A stretch of 64,000 bases of DNA. It comes from Azolla caroliniana (lineage: Eukaryota; Plantae; Polypodiophyta). Where the stretch lies: positions 19,964,001 through 20,028,000 of the forward strand of contig JBHGNT010000009.1 in NCBI GenBank assembly GCA_043228905.1, written 5' to 3'. Numbering within the stretch: position 1 is the first letter of the stretch; the number at the start of each line of letters is the position of its first letter. A program made the position numbers and the translations under genes. Shown here one piece after another: positions 27,100 to 38,899 of the stretch. Under the pieces are notes generated by a model. It had not been told where the DNA came from and searched no databases. It saw nothing but the letters and a program-made list of their open reading frames with translations.

Positions 27100-29290
27100 T
27101 CTTACACTCAATAGCCCACATGTTTGTTCTCTATGTTTCTCATGTCATTCACGCCCCTCTATCATCTAATGGGAGGGGGAACAACCATCTCGGTACTACG
27201 TACTGTCACCGTATATCCACTCCAATTTCTACAGCCATCGGTGTAGTATACCATCGTTTTTTGAAATTCAGCCTCATTAATCCTAAAGCATCATCTGTTC
27301 CATCAATCCACTCATATTGTGCCATATTAGCTTAATATATTTTGCTGGAGGTCGTTTGTTTGCTGAAAATACCCTAGTACATCTTGTTGTGCAGATGTTC
27401 CATATGATAATGGGTGCAAGCAACATCCATAGATCTCCAATTTTCTGCTTCTGGGCATTACTTGTAGGTGCAATGTTATCAATGATCAATCGAATAGTTC
27501 CATTCTCCCCTCTGTACATTGCTTTGCATGTGCTATCAATTTCTCCACATCATCATCAAGACAGTTCCAACAAGCATGTCCCCGTTTGAGGGTAAATGAG
27601 CTAGAGGCATGGCATAGCAATCGTAATGCCCTTCTCCATACAGCCGTTGCCTCATGACATTCCCATAGACAATGGGAAATGTTTTCTAGCTGTCCACATG
27701 CACTACATCTAGGGTCTACATTGGGGCCTTTAGCCCACACCCCTACCGGCAAGCTCTATGCACAATAAGCCATAAGCACATCATTATCTTGCGGTCACCA
27801 CTGTCATGCCATATCATTTTCCAGAATTTAGCTAATCTCCTTTCATTGATGCCCTCTTGTATCCAAAATTTACGAGCTGCAATATCTTTGTGTTCTTGTT
27901 TTAGTATAATTTGCCTCCCGATTTTTGTGTTGTACCTAAAAAATTGAACCAACTTGGCACCATCCATTTGTCCTTGAGTTCTCCAGAAATACATCGCTGG
28001 ATCCCATGATAACTGATTTGAATGCCCTTCTATTGGCCAATACATTGTTGTTGGTTTGATCTCACTCGGCTTGGGGTCAACTATCATATCCTTTCCATTT
28101 TTTGCAAGCAACCTAATTAGCCTTTCAATTTGATAGGCTGGTTGCTCACATATTACCATTCTATGCTCTATTTTGTAGTAGCATGCCTCGTTAGATCCTG
28201 CTTTCATTCCCTTAAAATTCCAATTAGATAATTTTCAGCATCGATAAGCGATGTTCATTCAATTTCAGAGGGACTTATGGCTTCATCTTCCAAGGTTTGC
28301 CTGTTGCGTGCAATGACATCTATAATCCTCATTAGCACGCATTTACCCTAGTTTATCCTCCATATTCTAGCCTTTTGAGTGCCCACATCATTACACTGAA
28401 ATCTCTTCCAATCTGCCAATGTATTCCCTTGGGCATTGATTAAATTGGCCCATTTGAAGCCTGCTTTTTGTCCTATCATCGGCCCATCCACATCTCTAAT
28501 TAGTGGGTTCCAAACAATAGGCATGTACATTTGGGCATATTCGTCATTTCTCCACCTACAAACGATTCCCTTTCTTATTCCTTGCCATGGCTTCATAATT
28601 CCAACAACACATATACTTTGTGTACATCCCCGGTATTTGGATCACATTTCTGGCACAAACCCCCAAAAGGCGCTACTTGGCCAACTTCCACCTTGTCTGG
28701 GCAACCACATCTTCCCTCTGCATCGGCAAAGAATTTTCCAAGGTGCCTGAGGTGGTTGCAAGCTCTTGACCACCAATTTGCCTAACAAGGCCTTCGTTTG
28801 CACCACAGGATTTATTAGTCCCATTCCACCTTCACTTTTATCTTTTATGAGTGTGGTCCATGCAACCTTTGCACAAGCATTTTGGAAAGTTGTCAGTAGT
28901 CGAATGAAAACAGTCCTAGGGGACATAATACATACAACGCAAACTGGCTTCCTAGAAAACCGGAGCATTGTTGACAATGTGTATTCAACACAATGCGTTG
29001 TATGTATTATGTCCCCTAGGACCGTTTTCATTCGACCCTAAACCCTAAACCCTAAACCCTAGCCATGATCTTATAGGCATTAGTGAGAATCGTCAATGGT
29101 CGCCAATTATCAAGCATTGTTAGATCTTTTCCATCCTTGGGAATCAAATAAATCATTCCTCTACACATTGTTGGAGGCATTAAATCTTCTACCATAATGT
29201 ATTGCATCCCTTCCAAAATGTCATCCTTAATTAGATCCCAATATTTGATGTAAAAATATATAGGAAGTCCATCAATGCCTACGCAACTTT
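27100..29290 (-). mobile_element. L1-type LINE remnant (RT N-terminal part, post-RT region, zf-RVT), rearranged
   Basis: Fragments GIDGLP..FY..YWDLIK, IYLIPK..NWRPLTILTNAYKIMARV, KVAWTTL..EGGMGL, CSACGQLENISHCLWEC; stops and frameshifts; ends approximate. Confidence 0.85.
29036..29061. repeat. Interstitial plant telomere repeat (CCCTAAA)3+CCCTA
   Basis: ccctaaaccctaaaccctaaacccta read directly. Confidence 0.9.
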
Positions 29291-29484
29291 GTTTGTTGAA
29301 ACAAAAGCTTTATACCCAAGACGACAGTAATCTTACATATTAAGTAATGCTAGAACAATAATAGTTGCCACATGATAAAAGACTAAAAAGCAACATTATT
29401 GCATTACCCAAATTCATTACCAATGTAAAAAAGAATACATTATGAACATGCTAAAGTTTCATAAGAACTTATATACATTCTTAG

Positions 29485-29942
29485 TGTTGAGAATGAAGCT
29501 CAACCTAGTCTAGTGTGAACACACCCTTTGAGAATCTATGAGAACCCAAAGGTCAAAAGTCACCACTACTCTCTACACATGAACAATACTATGTGTCATA
29601 GAATCATATTCTATGACACATAAATAATGAGTTCCATATTCCCCATGACTAATGAGTCTCAACATTCCCTAAGGTTCTTGAGAGAGAGTGGGCGTTATAG
29701 TGAGTTAATGAAGAGAGAGGGTGACCTTATATAAAGCCCCCTCCTACTTTATAAAGAGTCGGTTATCCTCCCTTGTAATGCTACATTTTTGTACTTGATA
29801 TTCTCTTTGTTAATATACATCTTCTTGAGTACTTCATTTCTCTTATTTATATTGTGTTTTCTCTCCTCTCCTCTTTACACGCACACACATAACACACATA
29901 TCTTCCGCTGTAGAGAATCACATATGATTCTTTACAGTTACA
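29485..29942 (+). mobile_element. Probable solo Copia LTR, distant relative of the 49441/56002 LTRs
   Basis: Starts TGTTGAGAATGAAGCTCAACCTAG (cf. TGTTGAGAGATCAAGCTCAACTTAG); TATA boxes; CA-rich U5-like end; no PBS; right end and TSD uncertain. Confidence 0.5.
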
Positions 29943-30177
29943 TTAGACATAAAGTATTACCAAAATTGAGCAACTATGTAGCTAAAATTTGAGGATAGTG
30001 TTGGATTTTGACACATTCACTCCAAGAACAAAGATAACATATTTAGAATAGTTGGTAGGTGATTTGCACATGGTTGTGTGTGCAACAAGCAAAGAGTAGT
30101 ATGCACACATGTGATAGATTGCCCTATATTGATTCATCCATGGGCACTACATTTGAAACCCACATATTACAATATTC

Positions 30178-31815
30178 TTTTTTTCTTTCCAAAATGAAGC
30201 TACTTTCCCATTAGTTAGGAAGGATTATTACAAAGAGAATGTACAAGGAGGCTTATACACAAATCGGGGAATCTCCCTCCGATCAAGTTCAAGAAAATGA
30301 GACTACTTACATAGCCTTTAGATAAGTATATATCTATAGCTAAAAACGATGCCCTTCAGTGTTGGCTAGTACGAGCCAACGCCTGGGGCCTACGACGAAG
30401 GGAGGATGGTAGGTGAGTCGGAAATAGCCAGGGTGGGGGCTGGTAGTTCCACCTCGGGCCACTTCCTCCTTGTGTCACCATATGCGTGTTTTGCCATTTC
30501 TGCCAAAAGCGCAAACGGGCAGTGACCACGTCATTGGAATGGCTGCAAACCTCGTCCAATTGCTCTCGTAGGCAGCTGATAAGCGCAAACCATATGTCCA
30601 TGACCACTTCCTCTGGGGGCCGTACCAGATCTTGGAAGACCTTTAGGCAAACACGCTTTCCATACATACCACAGGGTGAAGCTTGTGATCAACATCCAAA
30701 TTTCCTGGAACCTAGGGGATGTAGACTGCAAGCCTCTCTCAAAACAAATATTAACGATTTTGCCTCTTGTGCATACGTAGCACCAACTATCCGCATTGAA
30801 GGTGTCAGTCCACCTATCAACGGAGTGATCAATCCATGTCGCAACACTCCACGATGCTGTTCCTTTTGCTTCACATGCCACAAGGAGGCGAGTCACTCTA
30901 TCCCATACCTTTTGAGCTTGATGGCAATCCCATAGACAATGTCTCAGAGTCTCAATAGGTGAAGGGCAAAGTGGGCAACCTAACGGGCCGCCACGTTTAC
31001 CTAGCCATTCACCAGCGGGAACCACATTATGACCGATCTGCCACCAAAAGAGCTTGATCTTTTTAGGCATGTGGAGACGCCATAGACCCTTCCAAAAGGT
31101 AATGAGCACCTCATCAAGGATGCCCAATGTTCACCAACCATTGCATAAGGGGCCGTCTTAGATGCAGTTGTAAAGTCCGACCCAATTTAGTGCTGTACTT
31201 GAAGAAATGGTGGAATTTGCTGTCATGTTTTCACCTGAAATCCCATGGGTCCCATTCTAGTTTGACGAGGGGACGACAAGCGTATACCCATAACTTCCAA
31301 TGGGGTTCCACCTTAGCAACATCCGGGTCTGTCTTCCAAATGTTATCAACGTGTGCCACCACTCGGATTGGGTGCCAAGAGCCCCTACTTTGACTCTCCC
31401 CAAAAATTGTATCTCTTCACGATCCGCTCATGCCCTTCAACAACTTAACCATTCCAACCTCATCAAAGAGACCGAACCATGCATCTTCTCTCACTTGCCC
31501 CATTGGAACCCTATCAACTGCCTTATCTATCAATCTCCGCATTTTCATGGCTCCCTCGAGGGGAGGGAACGAGGCCTCCTAGGCTCTTCCTGAAGCCACT
31601 ATGCATCTCCAATCATCTATAGAGTGGAGCTCTAACTGCACCAGCTTTCCCCATGCTAGGCCCTTAAGTTGCCCTAACATCATGTCATCACTTATTCGCA
31701 CTTGAGGGTTCCAAAATAATGGTTGTCTAGACCACATGATTAGTGTCTCTGGGGTGTGCTTGACCAAATGATGTTGTACGTGACACCATGCTCGCAAGAC
31801 GGGGTTTGTGACCGA
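30178..31815 (-). mobile_element. L1-type LINE 3' part with zf-RVT and A-rich tail
   Basis: FWKGLW..PKKIKLFWW..CPLCPSPIETLRHCLWDC, LWYVWK; T-rich tract at 30178-30188 on + strand. Confidence 0.85.
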
Positions 31816-32028
31816 TGTTGCGGAAATCTGCGGGTACGTGTTAGATCCGGGGTAGGACCACCAAGGTCTTGGACGTGAGAGAGACGGAGCATAAAAGGTC
31901 GAGCTTCACCGTCTCCGGAGCATTTCCGGATACGTACTGGAAGCAACAAAATGAGAGAGGGAAAAGGACATGCACACAACATCGACTAGACACACTCTTC
32001 CTATGTACAGAAACTAGAAAGAAAGAAC

Positions 32029-32063
<35 letters not shown>

Positions 32064-32503
32064 GTATATATATATATACATATATATATATGCAAGGGCA
32101 AGATACAACTCTGGCTTCGAGCCAGACTAAGGTAGATTAGGTTACAACAACGGTTTGCTGCCAAGCTGCCGATCAGGGAGCTCACGGGCTCGTCGCACCG
32201 TGCGGGGTCTTGCACAAGAGACAGAGCGGAAGCGAAACCCCCTAGGATACAAGCTCTCAACTGAACTAAACCCTTAATAGACATGAAGACTCAACCCACA
32301 CGACGACGAAGAAGAAGACCTAAAACGAAACCCTAAAATGAAATAGGGTAAGGAAGACCGAAGTAGAAGCCCTAAGAAAATAACAATAAGAAAACTATCA
32401 AACCCTAGATCTAAGTGGTATACCCCACTAACCCTTCATAAGAGCCCCTTCCTCTCCTTTTATAGTCCAAGGAGGGAAGGATGTTATAGTGTGGGATAAA
32501 TAT

Positions 32504-35500
32504 TGTTGGAGACAAGGTCGTCTATGCGGAAGATCAAGAAGCATTCGATTCTGTTCTGTACCTGCGTATGACAGTCTCTAGTTCGTTGCACAGAGAGAGA
32601 GAAAGAGAGAGAGAGGGAGAGAGAGACACAAAAGACTTTCTATTTAATAGAAACAATAATACAACACCCAACCTCACAAAAAGGTTACAAGGTCACTATA
32701 TATAGTGACCGACTTAGGGCAACTACCCTTTATGCTAATTACACAAATGGCCCAAACTTGAGCTATACAAAGGGATAGTGTGAATACGTCCATTATACAC
32801 TTGTATTCGACACTCCCCCGTAATGGGCGTATACATGGGTTATCTAAGATTACAGGTATAAACCTAGGTTCTCGGACATATCAGTTTTTGTTCGAGTCGG
32901 CAGGGTCCGAAGGCAGAAGACCGAACTGGTCGGGTCGGAAGAGTTGAAGCCGATCATTAAGGAACTGATGTCGGTTGTCGGAGACCATCCTGCGCTGTGT
33001 CCGGCTCTAACCGGACTGGTTTGTCGTTACGCCCATCTGATGCCGAAGAGACCGAAAACGGTCTGCCGAAAGACACTTGGTCATTCCATCTGCGACATTG
33101 TCAGTTGTGGATATTTTCTCTAGACCGATTTTCCCTGAAATGACGCAGTCCCGAACGAAGTGATATCGAACGTCGATATGTTTGGAGGCGTTGTGGTGAA
33201 CCGGATTTTTCGACAAGGCAACAGCACCTTGACTGTCGCTGTAGACAACTGGAGCCGAGTCATGGTCGACTTGTCGAAACGTGTGCGCCAGCCGACCGAG
33301 CCACAAAGCTTCTTTTGCTGCGTCGGACGCAGCTACATATTCTGCTTCGGTCGTTGAGGTCGCTGTGCACTCCTGAAGTTTCGACTTCCACGAGATTGCT
33401 CCATTGCCGAATTTGAAGCAGTATCCGGTTGTTGATTTCCGACTGTCTATACAGCCGGCGAAATCCGAGTCGGTGTAACCGACTACGCCTGAGGTTCGGT
33501 TCGGACCGAAAAGAATGCCGCGGTCTTTTGTGCCAGCCAGATATCTGAACACATGCTTGACTGCGTTCCAATGCGATCGGCCAGGGTTATGCATAAATCT
33601 GCTAACGACTCCTACGGCATGAGAGATATCAGGCCGTGTCGCGACCATCAGGTACATAAGGGAGCCGACTGCCGGTGCATACGGTACCGACTTCATATCT
33701 TCCCCCTCCGGACCGGATGTCGGGCAGTCTCGCTGAGAGAGCCGAAGATTCATGGGGAGCGGGGTTGAAGCAGACTTGGCTGATTGCATGTTGAAGCGTT
33801 CCAAGACACGTCCGATGTAGTCGGTCTGAGACAAAAAAAGATGTCGTTTATCGCGATGCCGACTAATCTTCATGCCAAGGATGTGTCGTGCCGGACCGAG
33901 GTCCTTCATGGCAAACTTCAACCGCAGTTGCCGAATGAGATCGGCAAGGTCGCCCGCGTGGCGTCCAGAAATTAGCATGTCGTCCACGTAGATGATGAGG
34001 AAGATGGGTGATCCATCTTGAGCTGTGTTGGTGAAGAGACAATGGTCCTCATCGCTTTTTGAGAAGCCGATCGATTGGATGAAGTCGTCGAACTTCTTGT
34101 ACCATTGTCGCGGTGCCTGTTTGAGGCCGTATAGACTCTTCCTGAGTCGGCAGACTAGATGTTCTTGGCCAGTTGCCACGAAGCCTTTTGGCTGCTCCAT
34201 ATAAATTTCCTCGTCAAGATCACCATGGAGGAAGGCTGTTTTGACATCTAGCTGAATCAGCTCCAAGTTGTCGGCTGCCACTACGCCGAGTAGGAAACGA
34301 AGGGTTGTCATTTTCACCACTGGTGAAAAAATCTCGTCGAAGTCGACGCCATATTCTTGTCGGAAGCCCTTCGCAACTAATCTGGCCTTGTACTTTGGGG
34401 TGGTCGAATCAGACGTCTCTTTTAGTCGATAAACCCACTTGCAAGGAAGAGCACGTCGGTTCCTAGGTAATTCAACCAGATCCCAAGTCTTGTTTGCTCG
34501 GATGGAGTGCATTTCCGACTCCATCGCCAGATGCCAGGTGGCTGAATCGACAGATGTCGATGCTTCTTCGTAAGACGTCGGTTCGCCGGCGTCGGTGAAG
34601 AAAATTCCAGGAGAATACCTCTCCGGAGGTTGCGACAGTCTCTCGGATCGTCGAGGTATGATTGGACTGGTCGCATCGGGTATCGAGGTCGGATGGTCCG
34701 AAAGCGAATCATTCGGCTGTGCCGAGTCGGAGCTGTCCGAGTCGGGAATGTAAGGTTCAGCTACCCGTGAAGCTGACCGTGTGTTAAGAGCGGGGCCTTC
34801 TTGAAGGGTCGGCACATCGGAAAATGTTACCCTTCGGACTTCGGTCGGTGTTTCGACTGATGGAGTCATAGCCGACTCGTTGAACACAACGTCCGAACTT
34901 CGAACGATTTGTCTGCGTTCGGGGTCCCAGAGTCGGTATCCCATTTCGCCGTCTGATCCATATCCAAGGAAAATGCATTTCCTGGACCGAGGTGCAAGTT
35001 TTCGGCGAACATCTTTCGGAATAAGGGCGTACGCCTCGCATCCGAAGATCCTCAGCTTGTCGTAATTCGGCTTACTGCCGATCCATAGTTCCTGAGGAAT
35101 TTGAAGTCCTAGAGGTCTACTTGGCGACATATTGATTATGTGTACTGCCGTGAGTAGAGCCTCTGCCCAGAAGCCATCCGACAGTCCGGAGTGTTGGAGC
35201 ATGGAAACTATCCGTTCTTGGATTGTCCGATTCATTCGTTCTGCAATCCCGTTTTGCTCCGGACTGTGTGGTGCCGTAAATTCACGTCGGATGCCGCGTT
35301 GTCGGCAGAATTTGACGAATTCTTTGGATTTGAACTCTCCCCCATTATCGGTCCGAAAGCATTTCAGTTTTCGGCCGGTTTGATTTTCTACCATAGCGAG
35401 CCAATCGGAGAAGATCGAGAAGACACGATCTTTGGTGCGAATTGGATAAGCCCACACCTTTCGAGTCGAATCGTCAATAAAACTGACGAAGTAAGAGGCA

Positions 35501-38045
35501 CCGCCAAGAGACTGATGCGGCATTGGGCCACAGACGTCCGAGTGGACTAAGTCGAGAGGTCTCGTTTCTCTTGGTGCTGATGTCGGGTGTGATGCGGCTG
35601 CTTGTTTGCCATACTGGCAATGCTCGCAGAATTGATGGTCCGAGAAGGAGAGTTTGGGGATGTACCCGGCTCTAGATAGGTGCGTGATGCCGGCCTTGCT
35701 GAGGTGTCCTAATCTTCTGTGCCATAGTGATGACACAGGAATATCCACCAAAAACAGGTTACCCTCTCTGAGCGTAACATGTAACGGATACAGTGAGTGT
35801 ATCTTGGGTCCTCTAGCAAGCAGGAGGTTCCCCTTGTGGAGTGTCCACCCTCCCGAAGAAAAACCGGCACGAATGCCGTCTTCATCTAGTTGTCCGACTG
35901 AGATCAATGGCCTTGAGAGCTCGGGTACATGTCGGACATTGTGAAGTACAAGTGTAGAGCCACCTGCAAGGTTGAGCTCTACTGTGCCGATTCCGATGAT
36001 GTCACAGTGTTGCGAGTTACCGACTCGAACTGAGTCGGAGTGACGGATCGTATATTGCCGAAATTGGGATCGATGAGGAGTCACGTGAAATGACGCGCCC
36101 GAATCTAAGAGCCATGTGCTCGATTCTTCAGTCGTGAGCAGAACTTCTGATCCGACTGGATTTTCGATTGATAGTATATTCGGGTCGTTTGGTAGCACAT
36201 CAGCTGAGAAGCTGACGTAATTGATCTCCTCATGCCGGCCACTCTTCTTGTCTGATTTCTGAGACTTGTCGTTCTTGTTCTTGAGTGCGCGGCAGTCGGC
36301 TTTGATGTGTCCGGGTTTCTTGCAGTAGTTGCAGATTCGGTTATCCCGTGACTGGCTCCGTCTTCGCTGATTGTTCGGCGGTCGTGAGGAATCTCTTCCT
36401 CGTATGTTCGATCGGTCTGTCGAACCTTGTACTACATAAGCGTCGTCTGTTGAGTCTTTGGCGAAAGACTTTCTCCGAGCTGCTTCGGTCAGGATTGCGC
36501 TCGTGACTTCGGAGTATTTAACAGCCGTGGTTGACGCGTTGCACACGGTTGTGACGAAAGTCTCCCATGATGAGGGAAGGCTGCTCATGAGTATCATGGC
36601 TCTGAGTTCATCCTCGATTGCCGTCCCCTGAGATGAGATTTGGGAGCTTATGCTTTCGTACTCATTGAGATGTGCTTGAACCGAATCGGATTCTTTCATC
36701 CGCAAGTTGTAGAGGCGCCGGATCAGAAACATCTTCGTTGCAGCGACCTTCTTTTCGTAGGTGTCCGACAGTGTTTTCCACAGTTCGAATGCTGTCGTAC
36801 ACGATTGCACCGTAAAGTATACCGATTCCGATAGGTGCATCCGAATCGTGGCACGGACGATTCTGTCCAGCTTCTGCCACTCAATTGGTTTGTATCCTTC
36901 TGGAGGTTCTTCATTTTCGATGGGATCGATTTGCCCCTTGACTATGAGATAGTCCTGCATTTGCTCCTTCCAGAAGTTGAAGTTCGATCCATCGAACTTT
37001 CGTAGACTCATTTCTGACGAGCCGGATGTTGATGCCATCAAATTTGGTTTCGGTTGGCGAAGCTCGGTTCGGAGTTGACTACGAACCTTGAAGGAGTGCA
37101 GCCGGTTGGCTCACCCGATATCGTTCAAGTCGGATTTGAACCCGAGTCGGTTCGGCTTCGGATATATGTATTTGTTGAACTTGCTCGAATTGACTCCGGT
37201 AACTTGAGGGACAGAACCGACTGGTCTTCCCGAATGTTGCCGAGTCGGAGTGAGCCCGGTTCGCTTCCGAATATATATGCCAAATACCGATTATTGAAAC
37301 CGATTATCTGGACCGATTCTGCTTCGGTTGACTGCAGCGACGAGAGAGACGGATCCAACTGATCCTCTCGAATGTCGATCAGCCGGATGAAGCACGAATT
37401 GGGGTTGTTGTCTTGAGACCGATCTGCACCGAGTGGTTACAATGAGCGGCGAGCAGCGTTTGATGACCTCTTCGGATGCCGTTTAACCGAGTGGAGCACG
37501 ATCGTGTCAATGTTGCACAAGGGGATTTCACCTCGAGTGGTTACGATCACAAGGAACGGAGTACAGCCGGCTGGCTTACTCCAGGCGAAGATGATCTAAC
37601 GCGATGAGGTGCAATCCTCGTTTTTCTTCTTCTTCTCTCTTCTTCGAATGACGCAGGAAACCGAATACTGTGCAGGCTGAGACGACGGCCGACAGCGGAT
37701 TGAAGGACCGAATACTGTGCAGGCTCTGATACCAGATGTTGGAGACAAGGTCGTCTATGCGGAAGATCAAGAAGCATTCGATTCTGTTCTGTACCTGCGT
37801 ATGACAGTCTCTAGTTCGTTGCACAGAGAGAGAGAAAGAGAGAGAGAGGGAGAGAGAGACACAAAAGACTTTCTATTTAATAGAAACAATAATACAACAC
37901 CCAACCTCACAAAAAGGTTACAAGGTCACTATATATAGTGACCGACTTAGGGCAACTACCCTTTATGCTAATTACACAAATGGCCCAAACTTGAGCTATA
38001 CAAAGGGATAGTGTGAATATGTCCATTATACACTTGTATTCGACA
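32504..38045 (-). mobile_element. Intact, very young Ty1/Copia LTR retrotransposon (Tnt1/Tork-like)
   Basis: 309-bp LTRs 32504-32812 and 37737-38045 (TG..CA) with one visible mismatch (32787 C / 38020 T); TSD AATAT; tRNA-iMet PBS TGGTATCAGAGC 37734-37723; PPT next to 32813. Confidence 0.97.
33007..37038 (-). CDS. Copia gag-pol polyprotein (gag, CCHC, PR, IN, RT, RNase H), uninterrupted
   Basis: 1343 aa from ATG 37038: CNYCKKPGHIKADC, WLLDSGAS, WHRRLGH..CEHC, HSDVCGP, RTDNGGEF, LDVKTAFLHG, YVDDML, YTDSDFAG, KHIDVRYH. Confidence 0.97.
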   Translation of the reverse strand: MASTSGSSEMSLRKFDGSNFNFWKEQMQDYLIVKGQIDPIENEEPPEGYKPIEWQKLDRIVRATIRMHLSESVYFTVQSCTTAFELWKTLSDTYEKKVAATKMFLIRRLYNLRMKESDSVQAHLNEYESISSQISSQGTAIEDELRAMILMSSLPSSWETFVTTVCNASTTAVKYSEVTSAILTEAARRKSFAKDSTDDAYVVQGSTDRSNIRGRDSSRPPNNQRRRSQSRDNRICNYCKKPGHIKADCRALKNKNDKSQKSDKKSGRHEEINYVSFSADVLPNDPNILSIENPVGSEVLLTTEESSTWLLDSGASFHVTPHRSQFRQYTIRHSDSVRVGNSQHCDIIGIGTVELNLAGGSTLVLHNVRHVPELSRPLISVGQLDEDGIRAGFSSGGWTLHKGNLLLARGPKIHSLYPLHVTLREGNLFLVDIPVSSLWHRRLGHLSKAGITHLSRAGYIPKLSFSDHQFCEHCQYGKQAAASHPTSAPRETRPLDLVHSDVCGPMPHQSLGGASYFVSFIDDSTRKVWAYPIRTKDRVFSIFSDWLAMVENQTGRKLKCFRTDNGGEFKSKEFVKFCRQRGIRREFTAPHSPEQNGIAERMNRTIQERIVSMLQHSGLSDGFWAEALLTAVHIINMSPSRPLGLQIPQELWIGSKPNYDKLRIFGCEAYALIPKDVRRKLAPRSRKCIFLGYGSDGEMGYRLWDPERRQIVRSSDVVFNESAMTPSVETPTEVRRVTFSDVPTLQEGPALNTRSASRVAEPYIPDSDSSDSAQPNDSLSDHPTSIPDATSPIIPRRSERLSQPPERYSPGIFFTDAGEPTSYEEASTSVDSATWHLAMESEMHSIRANKTWDLVELPRNRRALPCKWVYRLKETSDSTTPKYKARLVAKGFRQEYGVDFDEIFSPVVKMTTLRFLLGVVAADNLELIQLDVKTAFLHGDLDEEIYMEQPKGFVATGQEHLVCRLRKSLYGLKQAPRQWYKKFDDFIQSIGFSKSDEDHCLFTNTAQDGSPIFLIIYVDDMLISGRHAGDLADLIRQLRLKFAMKDLGPARHILGMKISRHRDKRHLFLSQTDYIGRVLERFNMQSAKSASTPLPMNLRLSQRDCPTSGPEGEDMKSVPYAPAVGSLMYLMVATRPDISHAVGVVSRFMHNPGRSHWNAVKHVFRYLAGTKDRGILFGPNRTSGVVGYTDSDFAGCIDSRKSTTGYCFKFGNGAISWKSKLQECTATSTTEAEYVAASDAAKEALWLGRLAHTFRQVDHDSAPVVYSDSQGAVALSKNPVHHNASKHIDVRYHFVRDCVISGKIGLEKISTTDNVADGMTKCLSADRFRSLRHQMGVTTNQSG

Positions 38046-38188
38046 AATATCCCCTTGTTATTTTATACACATTTTCGAATGTACATGTGCACACGGCACA
38101 CATTGCCGACTTTGCCCATTCCACTCGGTTTTCTCATTGTGGCCGGAAATCTTTACGACAACGGTTGACAAGCCAGCTTGGGTGGGAC

Positions 38189-38660
38189 TGTTGTCCATCA
38201 GAAGTGGACTAGTGGGAAAAGGGTAAGGAAAAGAACAAGAAGCGTATTATTATAGTAGAAGCGTTAAAAGAACGCATGTAACGGATCATGCAGGAAGCTA
38301 TACCCTGTGTATATAAAGGGCATAGGAACATTGTACGAGCTAGCGCAATTTTGAGCATAGTCATTTAATACAGTTTCTGTCTTCTCTGATTTCAGTTTGA
38401 AGAGTTTCATGTGTCGCTATTTCTGTGTCAATACGCAACGTCATTGTTTAAGGTGAGTAAGCATCGTTGTGCATTTACGCACGGTAGGAGCTCGGTTGTA
38501 GCCGTCACCAAGTTCACGTCTTACCTCACGGATAGTCACTACGCTTTGTCGTTAGACTACGTTGTAGCTACGCAGAGTACTCGTGGCCATTCCTTGGACC
38601 ATGATCTCCTTGAGCCTACCCCAAAGGATTGAGGGTAGGCCGTGTTCCTAACCGGTAACA
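38189..38660 (+). mobile_element. Probable Gypsy LTR (related to 61121-61716)
   Basis: TGTTGTCCAT..GGTAACA termini, TATATAAAG box, purine-rich left flank; followed by TTTTGGC. Confidence 0.5.
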
Positions 38661-38899
38661 CTTTTGGCAGGCCTGGTGGTTTGTGAATCTTCGCAGCGGA
38701 GCAGTAGGGGATGGATGTCTGCCTCCGAAACAAGTCGAGATTACAAATATGGGGGATGTCAGTTTATCGACATTTTTCAAAAATAAAAGCTGTTAATGTA
38801 TGAGATGGCTCTACACTTTACAATGTGAAATATTTGACATGGTTTTTTACAAGCATAAACTGCAGGATTGCCCTTTAGAATTATTACAAGTATGTCCTA

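Larger units (their letters stand above)
31816..38160 (-). mobile_element. LTR-like element (~0.8 kb: 31816-32503 and 38051-38160) split by the intact Copia
   Basis: Termini TGTTGCGGAAAT..ATCTTTACGACA resemble those of 50929-51849; CTATAAAAG on - strand near 32458; (TA)n tract; flanks CCGA/ACGG do not match. Confidence 0.55.

Noticed and set aside
33160-36952. Many short antisense or alternative-frame ORFs within the Copia
   Set aside because: Expected by-products of GC-rich coding sequence.
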